Below, piece after piece: positions 25,816 through 39,113 of a stretch of DNA of 64,000 bases; the first letter of the stretch is position 1; each line of letters begins with the position of its first letter. The translations under genes were made by a program, and so were the position numbers. The notes under the pieces were generated by a model, which worked only from the letters and a program-made list of their open reading frames with translations, was not told where the DNA came from and ran no database searches. The stretch comes from Tricharina praecox (lineage: Eukaryota). The stretch spans positions 1,240,001 through 1,304,000 of the forward strand of contig NW_026250407.1 of NCBI RefSeq assembly GCF_024521635.1, read 5' to 3'.

Positions 25816-28266
25816 TCAATTCCTCTTAAAGCACGGACCAGATTGACAACCGACGCCACAGAACTCGCGACCACTTCCACACCAGCTGTACGGGCTGCAG
25901 CACTCGCCGCCCTCCCAGCCTTTACAGCTCCGCTGGCTGTTTCCCCTTCCGCAACGGCCGTTTGTGGTCGATGGCGGGGTTGGAGTCGACGTTGGCCCGG
26001 GAATACCAGTCGGTCCGGGAATTTCCGTCGTGTTCCAGTACTGCGTGCTGGTGCTGCGACCTGTGGTCCACGTCTTGAAGGTGGCCGTGTTGAACCACTC
26101 GAAGCTTCGGGTTGCGGTGAAATCTGAGACGTAGGATGTCGTAGTAGTACCTGATGCCGAGAAGAAGTTGCTGGACGGAGATGGTGCCATGTCAGTTGCC
26201 GTCGTCGCGGGTCCATAGGGGAGGATCGTCCTGGAAAGGCTTCTCGCAATGGTTCTCACTCGATCAAACGTGCGGCTTGCAGTGTTGCGTATTCCGGAGA
26301 CTCTAGGTCCAGTGGCCGAAGGAACAGTCTGTGTTGCGGACAGTTTGATAGCAGTGGAACTGTGCCAGTAGTCGTCGATGTGTTGAAGAAGTTGCTGGGG
26401 CTCCGGATATGCGTTTAGAGAAGAGTAGTAGGGCAGCACCACGGACTGGATCTGTTCGATATCCGTTCCCTCAAAGCTCTTCGCACTGAACCGTGGGTCC
26501 ATAGGATCTTCCAGCCCACCAGTGACATTCCCGTAGCCGAAGTTCTCGAGTGATGTGATGTTGAACGCCGCCATCTACGCAGTGTTAGTCTTTACATTCC
26601 AGCCACAATTCTCGACCAGATGAACCCACCATCGAGAAATCCTCGTGCACCATATTGTGACAATGGATCATCTGCGGTGATTAGCCTAGACTCGATGGAG
26701 GCGTCCGGGTGATGTTCACAAAACTCACATACACGCCCTGGTAAGGGACAAATTTCGCCAACACAGTGACCATTTCGTTATCACCCAGAAGTGCAACATC
26801 TTTGATAGCACCCTTCTCATATTCCTCCAAATACTTCCTCCCCGGCTTCTGATTGGGATTTCCCACCATCCTGGACAGAAGCTGCATATCCTACACCATG
26901 TTAGCTTTCTCCTACCATAGATCCCCTCTATTTATTCTTACCACGAGATGAAGGTGTACCGGATGACTCCACCCGCCAGTTCCTCTGAAAGTGTACTTCT
27001 CCACAGTTCCCAGCTGCGGCTTCGCAATGACGCGGGACATAGGGTCCATCCAGGGTTTTCCATTGATAGTCCACGGCTGGCCGATATTGCGCACAAAGTT
27101 GAGGGTGCGTTCGACCTTTGGAGCATCAGTTGGAAAGTCGATTTCCACCAGCTTTGCCGGCAGCGGACCATTGTTGCTGTTGTCGGTGACTCGCGGCCCT
27201 ACTCGGAACTGCATCACCTGGTCGCTCCCTACATAGTCCGTATCGGCAAATATCGTCGTATGTGCGAGCGTGAGATTTTTTCCTGAGAGTCCGGCGAAAT
27301 CGATTATGATCTGGAGGAATGTCAGCACGCCCCATGAGCCAATAGCAAGAAGTGGTGTGGCACGCTCACCTCCCATCTCTCCGCCATAGAAATCATCAAA
27401 CTCGTTGTTTTCACAGGCGTATCTCTGAACCCTCCATCACTAGCAATGACCCAGAACGGCAGTGCCTGCGTCCCATCCATGAGGGTGAGGTTGAACGTCC
27501 TTGAGACCGCAGCATCCAGCAGCCTGAAGCGATACTTCCTCGGCTCGACCTCCAAGTGCGGGAGGATCTGTCCATTGACTGTGAACGTATCACCGTACGT
27601 ACTCGTCCTCTCCATGCTCTCATCGCTAATCCCACCATCCTTCGTAAAGAAATACGAGCTCAAGATCAACGGGACATCGAACCTCCCCTTCGGCAGCCCT
27701 AGTCTTGCCTCGACCCCCTCGTCGACGATGATATACATGCCGACCTGGCCCGCGTACGCATTGAGCGTCGTTACCCCCTCCGCATGGTCGTGGTACCACA
27801 GCGTGCGTCCGCCCGCAGTGTTGGGGTAGTAGTAGTCCTTGAACTCGCCCGGCTGCAGCAGGTCCGCCGTCCACCCGTCCCACGGCGCGCGCGTGAACGA
27901 GCCGTGGAGGTGTACGGACGCCACACGCGCGCCGGAGTTCACGAAGCGGATCAGCGTCTGCCGGCCGCGCTGAATGCGGAATAAGGGCCCGGGGAATTGC
28001 CCGTCGTAGCCGACCAGGGAGGCGGGGGAGAGGCCCGGGAAGAAGGACTTGCTGAATGGGGTGATTGTGATGCTGTAGAAGTCAATCGGCACGCCGGTCG
28101 AAGGGTCGGTGTAGGTCGTGAGAGGAACCTTGACCGGCGGGATCGGCAGAGGGAAGCGGAAGGTGTCGGTGTAGGCCGGGCTGAGGCGCGGGGATGAGGC
28201 TGCGGCCACGAGAGCGGCCGCCAGTACGCCCGCAAGAAGGTGGTGGAGCAGGCTGGAGAAGTGCAT
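25816..28266 (-). CDS. Secreted multicopper oxidase (bilirubin oxidase/CotA-like) with C-terminal Thr-rich linker and hevein (CBM18) domain
   Basis: All four Cu-binding motifs: VHLHG, WYHDH, HPVHLH, HCHNMVHEDFSMM. Introns 27311-27369, 26891-26941, 26672-26728, 26575-26629. C-terminus RCG...SC...ECCSPYSWCGSGREFCGVGCQSGPC. Confidence 0.92.
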
Positions 28267-29635
28267 TGCTGTCGAGTGTTTGCGGTTGTGGTAACGACTG
28301 TTTGTTAGTTTGTTTGATGGAAGTAAGGAACGAAGGAACGAAGGAACGGCACTGCAGTCTGCGATGCCGAATATCAGTGCTGTGGATACCAAGACGTATG
28401 GGATGGGATGTGATGAAACAAGTCGTGCATACCAAGAGATTGCAAGTGTGCGTGCGTGCAGTCTGCAGTGTGCAGTGTAGCTCATCAGATATTATCGTTG
28501 TCAGACGTTGCAGTTCCCTAGGTCCGTACGAGTGACGACCGACGACCGCACCGCCACAAACAGACGCCACACCCAGAAACTTCCTCGCCGAGTGACTTCA
28601 AATGACATCAACTTCGCAATACTACAAGGCTCGACCCAACGACGCCAACCTGGGTAGAGTTACCCACGGAACCCACGCAGGGCACAATGGACGATACTCA
28701 GGCGCCGACGTGGGCTAAGACTACAACCGACGACGGCGTGGCAAAGGGATCAGACCCCCACATCTCCGATGGAGCATCTCGTGCGGCACCGATTGCAAAT
28801 CCAACACCGCAGCCGCCTCCGCAGCAGACGCCGGTCGGTCAGAAACCGCTCGATACGGGTATCTCGTCTGGTAGCCACGGCTCCGAGGCTTCTAAACGGA
28901 AAATACCCTACATCTCCTCCTCCTTCGAGGGATTCGGAAGATACTCTACTGGGGCTCCGTGATGGCCGGTGTCCGCGCAGGGCAAGAACCATTGACTTGA
29001 CTGAACTGGGCCACTGGCGCATGAGGCTGAAGCAGCCAGGGCTGCGGGGCTCAAAAGTCTCGGCTCTCTGGAGTCTACCGCATCGTGCCGTGCTCACCTG
29101 GATGCTGGTGGAAGTCACTTGCTCTGTCACCTACCCCTTCCTAGAACTATGGTGCTGACGCACCGAAGATAACTCCAGAGTCCACCTCAGCAGCGAAGAT
29201 CCTGTAGGCCGTCGGAATACCGCGAGCATGCGGCGAGCAGTCGCTCTGGACCGCATGAAGAAGATCGCCTACCTATGCCGAGGGCTCCGACGGCAAGGCG
29301 TTGTATTATGTATGACGTCTACGTCCTGAATCCTGATGGCGGCCAAATGGACTAAATCGAGCCTCGAGGAGAACGCTAAGCAGCCTAGGGACTGAGGAGG
29401 CTGAGGAGGCTGTCGGGAAGGCTATCGGGGAGGATGAGGCTGTTGGGGAAGACGAGGATGACGAGGAGGACGAGCGGTGGTTCCGGCGGCTGGACTTTAA
29501 CTAGATTTAGATCTGGATTTCTGTAGATGGAGAACATCATGGGGAGTTTCAGGCGCGATGGAATTTGAGGGGTGGCTAAGGAAAAAGTTGCATATCAAGA
29601 CTTGGTTGCAATTGTTTCCGTCTTGGGTTCTTTAC

Positions 29636-29894
29636 TATCCCCTTGGGTGGCATTCCGGGGTGGGGCACTACCTACAGTGCATTAGCGTGTGTAATATGAA
29701 TTAGCGTGGAAGGTTCACGCCAGTAGTAGTATAGCGTATTGAATTCAGGGTCAGTAGTAGTATAGTGCATTTTGGCAGCGAACCTATCTCAATACACTAT
29801 ATTACTATTGGCTTGAATTATCCACGCTAATGCACATTGCACACGCTAATGCACTGTACGTAGTACCCCACCCGGAATGCCACACAAGGGGATA
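29636..29894. mobile_element. Putative MITE / foldback element, TA-flanked
   Basis: Arms 29636-29742 and 29789-29894 are ~106-bp imperfect inverted repeats (TATCCCCTTG.GTGGCATTCCGGG...CAGTGCATTAGCGTGTG...), with TA at both outer ends. Confidence 0.65.
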
Positions 29895-30607
29895 AGGCTT
29901 CTGCCCCCTCGGCTCGTCCCCACCCCACCTTGGCCACCTTGGCCGCCTGGGCGCCGGAACTTGGGCATGAGTCAGATTTGGTGTCCGGAGCGCTGTGCGT
30001 TTTTTGCTACTGTATATGTTTTCCGTCCTTCTGTCCTTCCATGCTGCTTCCTTCCTTCCTTCCTTCCTTCTACTTCCGATCCCGCTTCTGATTCCGATCC
30101 CGCCATCTTACTGATGGTTGTCCCCGCACCGCATATCGATATCCCCCCCCCATCCCCATCCCCTGTGGATGGCCATCGGAAATCCATCACACGTCCAATG
30201 GCAATATAATCAAATTACTCACGCCTCCTCCTCCTCTCCCTCCTTCTGTCCCTCCTGTACCTCCGCCTACTCCTAAGTTATCCTTCCCGTCCCTCCTCTC
30301 CCTCCTGAGTTATCCCTCACAAGTAATCCCTCCCAAGCTATCCCTCACAAGTTATCCCTCATACATCGGGATCTAGGATTCTAGGTATGCATACCACAAT
30401 TCGTTTCAACGGATTAGGGGAGCTCATCTCTGCCCCTCAGTTGGATGGAGACGGATAAACGTATGCATACCCAGGTAGGGGGAACTACCCCAGCTCTTAT
30501 CACATCTCCTCGTCACTACCTGGTACTACCACTTGTTTATCCGGGTATGTAAGGAAACACTTTGCTTTTATGCACTCGGATATTCGGAGGTTTTAGGGAG
30601 CCCGGAC

Positions 30608-30670
30608 CGAAACAAACGAAACAAACGAAACAAACGAAACAAACGAAACAAACGAAACAAACGAAACAAA
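30608..30670. repeat. (CGAAACAAA)n tandem repeat, ~7 units
   Basis: Directly visible. Confidence 0.9.
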
Positions 30671-31314
30671 CAATTAAACTGGAGGGGAGTGAAGAGCGGA
30701 GGGGTAATATATCCCCGCAACCTCACCATCCACCATCATCTTCAGAATCATCGGCATGAATCATAGTCACTAGGAAAGAGTTGAAGAAAGAATAGACATA
30801 AAATATAGAGGTAAGAGGTAAGAGACAGACTGACCGACAGACAGACATAAAGACAGAGACAGACCACCCCCCCACTCGCAAGGTATCACATATCGATCCA
30901 ACAAACAAAACCAAAAGGAAAACACATCCAGATCTCCCGTCAACACAGAATACATGAAGCATGCAACCCCACCCCGCCCCGGTTGCTTTTTTTTTTGCAC
31001 TCCCTCCGTCCCCGCTCGTGCATCCTCCAAGAATCCAACCCGCCCAGCCCAGCCCTTTTTCTGCCCCGTCTACCCAACCCATCCATCCATCGGCGTTCAC
31101 ATCACATAGTCATCATCATCAACATATAGTCTTCATCGCGTCATCACGTCATTAACCCTCTGTCCAATTCCGCGCACCGCAAAGCAAACAGACAAACAAA
31201 ACTTCTTCCTTCTTTCTCCAGCCCCGGCCCGGCCAAATCGAGAAACATCGAAATAATCGAGAACAAATCGAGAAAAATAAAATAAACCAAATCGAAAAGG
31301 AAATGCAAAACACA

Positions 31315-33861
31315 CTACGAAGCATACCTCCATTGGCCGCTCTTCCTAGCGCCATGATGTAGATGAGCATCGCTAGCGCGGTGGGCCCTTCTAGCCGCGG
31401 AGACTGTCGGCGGCACTGGCGCGACATAGTCCTTTTCGTACTGCTCCTGATAGGTGTAGTCCCTGATATCCTTCTCCGGCTTGCTGGATCTTGGTAGTTG
31501 TTGATCCCTATTAGGCGGAGGGCCGCGGCTAGGATCCCTGGGGTGATGATAGGCGGCAGCGGCGGCGGCGGAGGAGTTCGAGGGGTGGTGCGGGGTGGTA
31601 GCCCTAGTCGGCGGACTGGGGTCTTCATATCTGCTCAGCGCCCACATATTAGTCTTCTCTTCGACGGTGTATTCGAGTACTGGCGGTGCCGGCGGCGGCG
31701 ACGCGCCGTATCCAATAACGTGCAGTGACTCATACAATCCATCGCCCTCGTATTTCCGCCCGTAGCCGTCGTACTTGACGTCGTCGTAATCGTCGTCGCT
31801 GTAGCGGTCCGGGCTGTCGTCGCGCCGCCGCCGCACGCTGCGGCCCCGCTTCGCCGCGTGCCGTGCAGATGAGTCTTTGGCCGAGCCGCCCTTGGGCTTG
31901 ACGCTACGTGAGCGCGTGGGCGGCCGCGGTGGCTCCTCGCCTAGCGTCGGCCGCGGGTTGACCTCGTCCCGTCTGGCGTCTTCCCTCCAGCCGGGGGGAG
32001 GCCCGGGGGGAGCGGGGGAGTAGGGAGAACGGTATCGGTCGACTGGAGAGTTGTCTTTCTCCTCGGCGGTCAAGAAGTCCTGAGGGTCGGGGACGACGTT
32101 GGTGGTGGAGTATGGGCGCGAAGTGCGTTTCCGTGTGAGGGAGGGGGGAGCGGGCGATGGAGGATCCTTCGGGCCGTTGTCCTCCGGCGGAGTATCCGAC
32201 GGCCCGTCTCCGCGGACGGAATATCCTCTCCTCCTCGGCTTCTCCGGCTCGGGGAGGCCTAGAGGAACCTTACGCTCATCGTCCGAGTCCTGTGATTCCT
32301 CAGGATAGTCCTCGCGGACGGCTTGCCACCAGCCCTGATAGATAGCACGATCCTCCGTTTGGGGAAAGCATTCCCGAGGAATCATCTTGGGCATCTCGGT
32401 CCCCTGGTCGAAGATGGTCCACTGGTCCAAGACCCGAGAAATACGGTGCCATTCGCGGTGCGGCGCCGTCATCAACTGGGTGAACATCCACACCTCGAAT
32501 CCGCGAGGCGTAAGCCCGGGCAGAGTGGGAGGCTGGTTCGGCTTGGTGGGCACTAGATGATGTTCGACATTAAGGGCACAGAAGAGCTCGGACAGGATCT
32601 TGGGAGAACGCAAGTTGAAGAATCCTGCGAGACCGGTTAGGCAAAAGAATTATAAAAAAGAAAAGAAAAAAAGAAAGAAAACAATCGACGGGATGACAAA
32701 CGTTGCCACTCAGACTCTTCACCCTCTCCTACGGCAAAGGTATTGTAGAACTGAATCAACTTTCCCAGAGTCACCACGCAGCTCTGCGTAGGCTCCAATA
32801 ACGCAACCTATCGCAGCGTTAGTGTCCACTCACTCTCACATTCCTGCCTCAGCGATCGTGTGACATACCATGTAAGCGGCGATTCCGCGGAAAAGCGCGA
32901 CCAGCTTCGGCTTCGGCCTCGGCTCGCGTCCAGGTGCGACCTCAACCAACGGGCCACCCCACAGTTCCCAGGCATGTGCCATGTCATGGGACTTGTTGCT
33001 TCCGAACGACATCTCGGACATCTGCGCGGACACTTTCCTCGCCGGTTCCGGGCGTCCCGACGGAGCCGGAGCCGGCGTTTTAGATGGTGGTGGTGGGGCG
33101 GGTGCCGGCGGCGGGGCCGGGGCCTCGGGTGCGAAAGCTCCGGGCATCGGCCCCGGCGCTGGGGTCTTCGACTTGGGCGGCGGGTGGAGAGGTGGGTGGC
33201 CGCGGCCTTGCGATGGCGGGGGAGCCGGCGCGGGGGGAGGGGGGGATACCTCGCCGCTGTGTGACGATGGGCCGGGCCGGCCGTAGTGGTAGCCGTAAGG
33301 GGGATAACCGTAGTGCATGGGCGGACCCCTAGCCGAGTGCGGGACCCCGTGTGGCGGTGGCATGCCCATCGAAGTGTCGATCCGGGGCGGAGGCGAGCTA
33401 GGGGGTGGAGGAGCCGGCATTGCCGGCACGGCGGGCGCCGGTGCGGGCGACGCGGTCTTGCCCATCTTGAGCCGGTTGAGCTGGTCGATCATGCCCTGGA
33501 GCTGTTCGGGCGACATGTCGTTGAACGGCGCTGGGCTGGCCGAGGGCGCGGGAGCAGGCGGCGGGCCGGGAGGCGGAGGTGCAGGCGGCATCGGTGGGTA
33601 GTCGAGAGGCGGGGGATGGCCGCTGCCTGGCGTGGGAGGAGGACCGGCGCTTGGCGGAGGCATGCCATAGTAGTGGGCGCCGGGCGGCGGGGCATACTGC
33701 GACGGGCTCGGAAACGGGGCGGTAGTATGCGGTCTCGCGGGGGAAGGGCCCGGTGATTGCGGAGGAGGAGGATGGGGGGGGTATCCGGCGGGAGGGTAGC
33801 CGGGCGGGCCATAATAGGAGGCGCGAGCGGGGTCATAGGGGGGGTAGCCGGCATAACTCAT
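31315..33861 (-). CDS. Proline-rich fungal protein with a conserved central domain (resembles DUF7514-type proteins)
   Basis: Introns 32808-32868 and 32625-32701 join a Pro-rich N-terminus to ...PGLTPRGFEVWM...APHREWHRI...MPKMIPRECFP. Family call is from memory of the motif. Confidence 0.8.
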
Positions 33862-36463
33862 GATGGAATCGGTGGCCGATCAGGGCCTGCGATAAAGGCT
33901 GGAGCCAGCAGGCAAGCGACGAGATGGGAAGGGTATGGACGGCTTTCGATTATATTTTTGCGATGAGGATTTTTTTCTAGTTTGCGAGATCAGTGGGCAG
34001 TTGATAAAAGATGGATGAGCAGAGCGGGGGAAATCCACGCACACACGCACACACACACCACATACACAACCTGGGCCAGGAAGGAGGTAGAGTAGATAAT
34101 CGAGAGTAGTTGGCGAGGGGTGGTGAGGAACAACTATGGGAGGGAGAGGGGGCGGGGGACAGGCCTGGTGACGTCCGTCCGTCACAGCAAGCTTGACTGT
34201 TTCGCGACGAAGAAGAAGCGGGAAAGAACTGGACAGCGAAGAAGCGCTCTGTCCGTCGGCAATGTACGATATATATATCTGTATAAATATCGCCAGACAG
34301 CAGATGTCGATGTACGTAGGCAGGAGGCAGAAATATTAACGAGGAGAAGAGAAGACGGTTCTCCAGGTTGGGTCCGCAGTTCCTTCTTCATCTTCTTGTT
34401 CGCTACCACGCAGCCCACCAACCATCCATCCCCTCTACTGCTTATCCTACCTCCCCCGGGCCCCACCTGCTTCTTGCCTGCCTGCTTGCCCTGCCTGCTC
34501 GTCTTATTTGCAGGGAATAAAGCGACAGCCAACGCTGCATGAAATCATCACCTCCACCTCGACGAACCCACCACCACGGTGCGCGCCGGCCAATAGTCCT
34601 CGCGGCGTAGCTAAGTTAACTACTGCATTGTGGCCAGTCATCCAGCAAGCCTATCGCGGTCGCAGTAGTTAGCAGCGGGGTCTTTTGCTGCCTTTTCCTC
34701 AGCAAACGAGAATGAAACACAAATTCACATCAAAGCGCCGAGGGGAGTCGGGAGTCGGGAGGACTCCGGAGTGACTGACTCGCTCGGTGAGGTGATGTCC
34801 TACAGTGAGTGAGGGGAGAGAATGCGAAAGCGAGCGAGCGAGAGAGCGTCGTCAACAAACAACAACAGGCAAGCACCCTATTGTTCCAATCACCACCTCC
34901 CGGCAGCCCGCGTCGGCTAACCAGCCCGTAACGTGATGGCTGGATTAGCAGAGCGAGCCGAATGTCGGAAGCGTGCCTTCTTCTCCTCTTCGTCGTCATT
35001 ATTTATTTGTAGAGTGGCCTCTCTGACGGTTAAGTCTGACCACCCAGAGGCCGGTTTCGATCTCTCTCTCGGTCGCTTGGTGCTGTCGCAGCCTTAGGAG
35101 CAAAGCAGAAGTGAAAAAATGCGTCGTCGAATGGGAGTCCGGAACCGCAATAATAGCTAGAGTACTGGACCGTCGCGAATCCAAATCAGCCAGCGAGAAC
35201 GCCCGCCCTATGTATGTCCCGGTATCAGTCCTAGGCATCAGCCATCTCCATACGGTATGTGTGTGCTTAGTTATGCGCTGCACAGCGACGTTTCATCGAT
35301 GTCTATCTGCTGCGGGGTTTTTTTAGGAGTGCTTTTTTAGGGCCCTTTTTTATCTCATGATTTATCCGTCCGCCTGGAGGTTGCCCTCCCTGCATGCAAC
35401 CACGGTCCACAGCCACGGCCACGGCCAACGAGTGGCCACTGGCTAGTGGCCAACCCACAGAGAAATAAACGAATAAACGAGTCTGGGGAAATCGAGAGAA
35501 AATAAAACGAAAGTGAGGGACACGAAAGGAAACCGAAACGACCCATCCCATCTTGGGGTCCCATCTTGGGATGAAATGCTCTATTTTTTTTGTTTCATTC
35601 GTGTGTTTATTTTTGTTTTTATTTTTATTTGGCAACGAGTCGACGACATCATCATCGTCATCATCATCAACGGCTTCGCCCGTCACCAGACTCGCGACTC
35701 ACGACGCCCAACTATTTCCGTGCTTCGCTTACCAAATATCTGCTCCCAACTCCTAAGAGGAAACGATCTTGGAAGTCGGGAGTCGCGAGTCGGGAGTCGG
35801 ACTGTCGGACTGTTGACGCTCCCGTCTGTCGCTGTGGGAATAGGATGAGGTTCGCAGCTCAAGTCGCGGGCGAAGTAGAGTAGAAGCAGAAGCAGAAGTA
35901 GAAGCGGGCACCTCTTGAATGTTGATCGTGCCCCTCACTTCTCTAGAACCCCATAAAATGAGTCGCGATCCACAAGATCGGCAAGCTCTGGGAAATGAGC
36001 AATGGGATTTCCAGCCAACCGCAAGAGCTGAGCTGAGCTTGGACTCTGGAGCTGTCGAGCCGTGCATGATGCAGAGCTTGAGCTCCCATGCAGCTCGCGA
36101 TTCTGCGGTGGCGCAGTCCCGGAGTTGGCACGGCTGCTGCATAACTAAGCGGCTTCACGGCGCATCGTACAAACAGTACATAGCGGACGGAAGCGGGGTT
36201 ACACGGGGAAGGAGGGCTTCATGCGGCCTCACTCGGTCGGATGGCGAGTCACCCATCAACACTTTTGCCATCGTCATCCAGGGATGGAACAGAGCTCTCT
36301 TATCATCCCATGTTGCGACTGGAATTCTCTACGACCGAAGCGGCACAGAGTCACAGACCGCCCCGGATACATCCATCATACCAGAGACGGTTCGAAAGCG
36401 GGGTGTATTAGTAGCCAGCAGTTCCGCTGCTGCTGCTGCTGCTGCTGCTACTCCTGCTGTGAT

Positions 36464-36556
36464 CCTTTCCCTTTCCCTTTCCCTTTCCCTTTCCCTTTCC
36501 CTTTCCCTTTCCCTTTCCCTTTCCCTTTCCCTTTCCCTTTCCCTTTCCCTTTCCCC
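36464..36556. repeat. (CCCTTT)n microsatellite, ~15 units, next to (GCT)n
   Basis: Directly visible. Confidence 0.9.
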
Positions 36557-39113
36557 GTACCCATCGAGTCATCGAGCCATCCAGCCATTGAGCCATCCAG
36601 CCATCCAGCCATTGAGTCATTAATCAATGGACGGTACCGATCGTGCTCATCGAGTCATCGACAGCTTTTCTCCTCCATCTGGAAAAGTATATACATCGCA
36701 GGCTCCGAGCAGCTAGTTCAACTGCAGGTGATCGATCAATGAAGTCCACCAGTGCCACCCACCACCCGAAACCTTCCAGTGAACTGTGAGGCACATTCGC
36801 CCGGGTATGCCCACTCCCACGATCGAATCCGTTCAAACAAACGGAAACGGAAACGGAAACGAATACAGCCGGATGCAGCTAGTCCTACCGTAGAGTAGAG
36901 TACTTATCAACTCGGGCGGGCCGCTGGCTGATGAATGTCTACCGTACCATAGGTATTACACCCTGCGGCCTGTCGTCCGGTCTGTTGGTCCCGCTTTCGC
37001 CCGCACCACTCTTGAGTCTCGCGCCAGAGATAGGCATGGTTATGGGGAACGATGTGCTCGCTGCCGGACGAATTGCACGGTGTATATGATTAGGTTGTGA
37101 TCCTCTGGCACGCCCTAAAACTCTACGGCGGAAGCTCTCCGCACCGCTGCACACTCCATTCGCCGCGGCCACAGCCCGCACGTCCGGTCTCGCCACTATC
37201 TTCTCGGCCCAATGAAGTCAACGACGAGCTAGGAAACAATCAGAAACTCGAGGCGATCACCCCACTCCCCCCACCCCACTTCACTCCACTCCTTCTGGTC
37301 CGAATCGATTCAACTAAACTCGGCGGCCGAATGATTGGTGATGCTGCGGTGGCACCTCTCAACGGCTACGGAATCGAATGCAGGTGGGTGGGTGGCTGGA
37401 TTGATGGTACGCTCCACAATCGATAATCGAACATCAAACCACTGGTGCTGTTATTGACCGACTAAGTAACGCTACTGCTAGGGTGGTGGGAGTGGGGTGA
37501 GGACGTGCGGTAGGATAGTAGGTATAGGTGATGAGGAGATTGTAACTTTCTGCACAGTACATCACTCGCTGCAAAGACTGGAATGTGTGTTGGAATGTGT
37601 GCACAAGTACCTATTGTATTGTTTGAGTCTGAAAGCCTCGAGAGAAGACAGAAAAGACGGGTGGTAGTCGGCCAGTGCGGCAGTGCTTCACACCGTCATG
37701 ACCACGAAAGCGACTAAGCAACGAGTGAGATATTACAAGAATGTGGGTGGGATATCACTCGTTCTGCGGAAGTAAGTAAAAAGTAGGTAACTGGTCGTGG
37801 GGCGGTATTTGGAGCAGCCAGCTGTTGACAAGCGGCACACCCTTGGAAGAGTCACCCATTATACGGACGATTAACAACGACGCCCCGGGCCCGGCTAAAA
37901 GTACGTCATTCAGGCACGGAAGCACATCGCCACTCTTCGCCGAAGAGAGCCCGAGATCACCATCGAATCTCAGGATCAGATCATCTGATGGCGGCCGGCA
38001 TACAAAGGCGTCCCCGGAACGAGATGGTAACCGAATAAGCGGCACCTCCACCACCTCCACCACTACCACCACCGGCCCGCCAAGTTCCAACTTGGAGACT
38101 GATCTAAAAGAACAAACGCAAAACTCAAGGATTTATTTTTAAGAGACGCCGAATTCGGACCCCGCACATGATGATTATCACTAAGCCCTCCTTCACATCC
38201 TCATTTTGCATTGCCTCCGAAAAGCTTCCTCGTTCCGCTGTCTGTGTAGAGCTCAGTGTATTAGCTACATGTCCTACGTCTTGTTCGGTGGTAGTAATCG
38301 GTGACATACCTGGTAAATTTACTGCTGGAACGGCGTTCCCACCCAGCGTGGAATCCACCGCAGTGTCGTTAGTTTCCACAGCGCCCATGCGCTTCGCTTC
38401 CCCCCCCCCCTCCGGTCTCTAGAAAACATTCCTATTCTCAAAGGAAACTAGGAGCTCGTAGCTCTTTGGGTCCGAAGATTCCCTGGTGAGTTCGGCAGGT
38501 GAAGGACCGACCTGCTGGTATAGTCTCGTTGCCCCCTTCTTCCAGCAAGAAATTTAGAACAACAAGTCAGGACATTACCTCAGTTGTAGATGCCCAGGAA
38601 AATGGGCAGTTCTAGGTAACCAGCCTGGAAAATGTGGCAAGTGTAGTGTCCACGGCGTGACCGCGAGAACCTAATGGTTGGTTAGCTACATAAGCCGCGG
38701 CAGTGATACCAGTTGAGTGGCAACTTACTACTCTGAAGCGCAGGGGGAAATCATTCCCCCCGCTGTGGATGTGGTTCCCGGCGTGTTGCCGGGAAACGTC
38801 GCCGTGCCGCTGCGGCGGCAGGGCGAGCGGGCGCAGCCCGTGAGGATCTGCGGGAACTCTGTATCCCGACGACAATCCTCACATACGTCCCCGAAGGGAG
38901 GGGGCAAAAATGATTTACCCCGGCTGTGGGCGTCGTCCCCGGCTTGTTGCGGAGAAATCCAGTCTTGCTTCGCGTTCCCCTCCCTCCAAAGTCCAAACAC
39001 GCCACAACGTTTCCCTTCTCGAAGGAAACCGGGAGCTAGTGGAACATAGGGATGGAAAACGCCCCGGTGAGTTCGGCGAGGGAAGGCCCAAGGGCCAACC
39101 TGCTGGTGTTTTG

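Noticed and set aside
32700..32810. Apparent frameshift in the middle exon of the Pro-rich gene
   Set aside because: Re-reading gives an open frame (VALLEPTQSCVVTLGKLIQFYNTF) between canonical splice sites.
36464..36556. Interstitial telomere repeat
   Set aside because: The unit is CCCTTT/AAAGGG, not CCCTAA/TTAGGG, so it is treated as a microsatellite. ORFs crossing it are artefacts.
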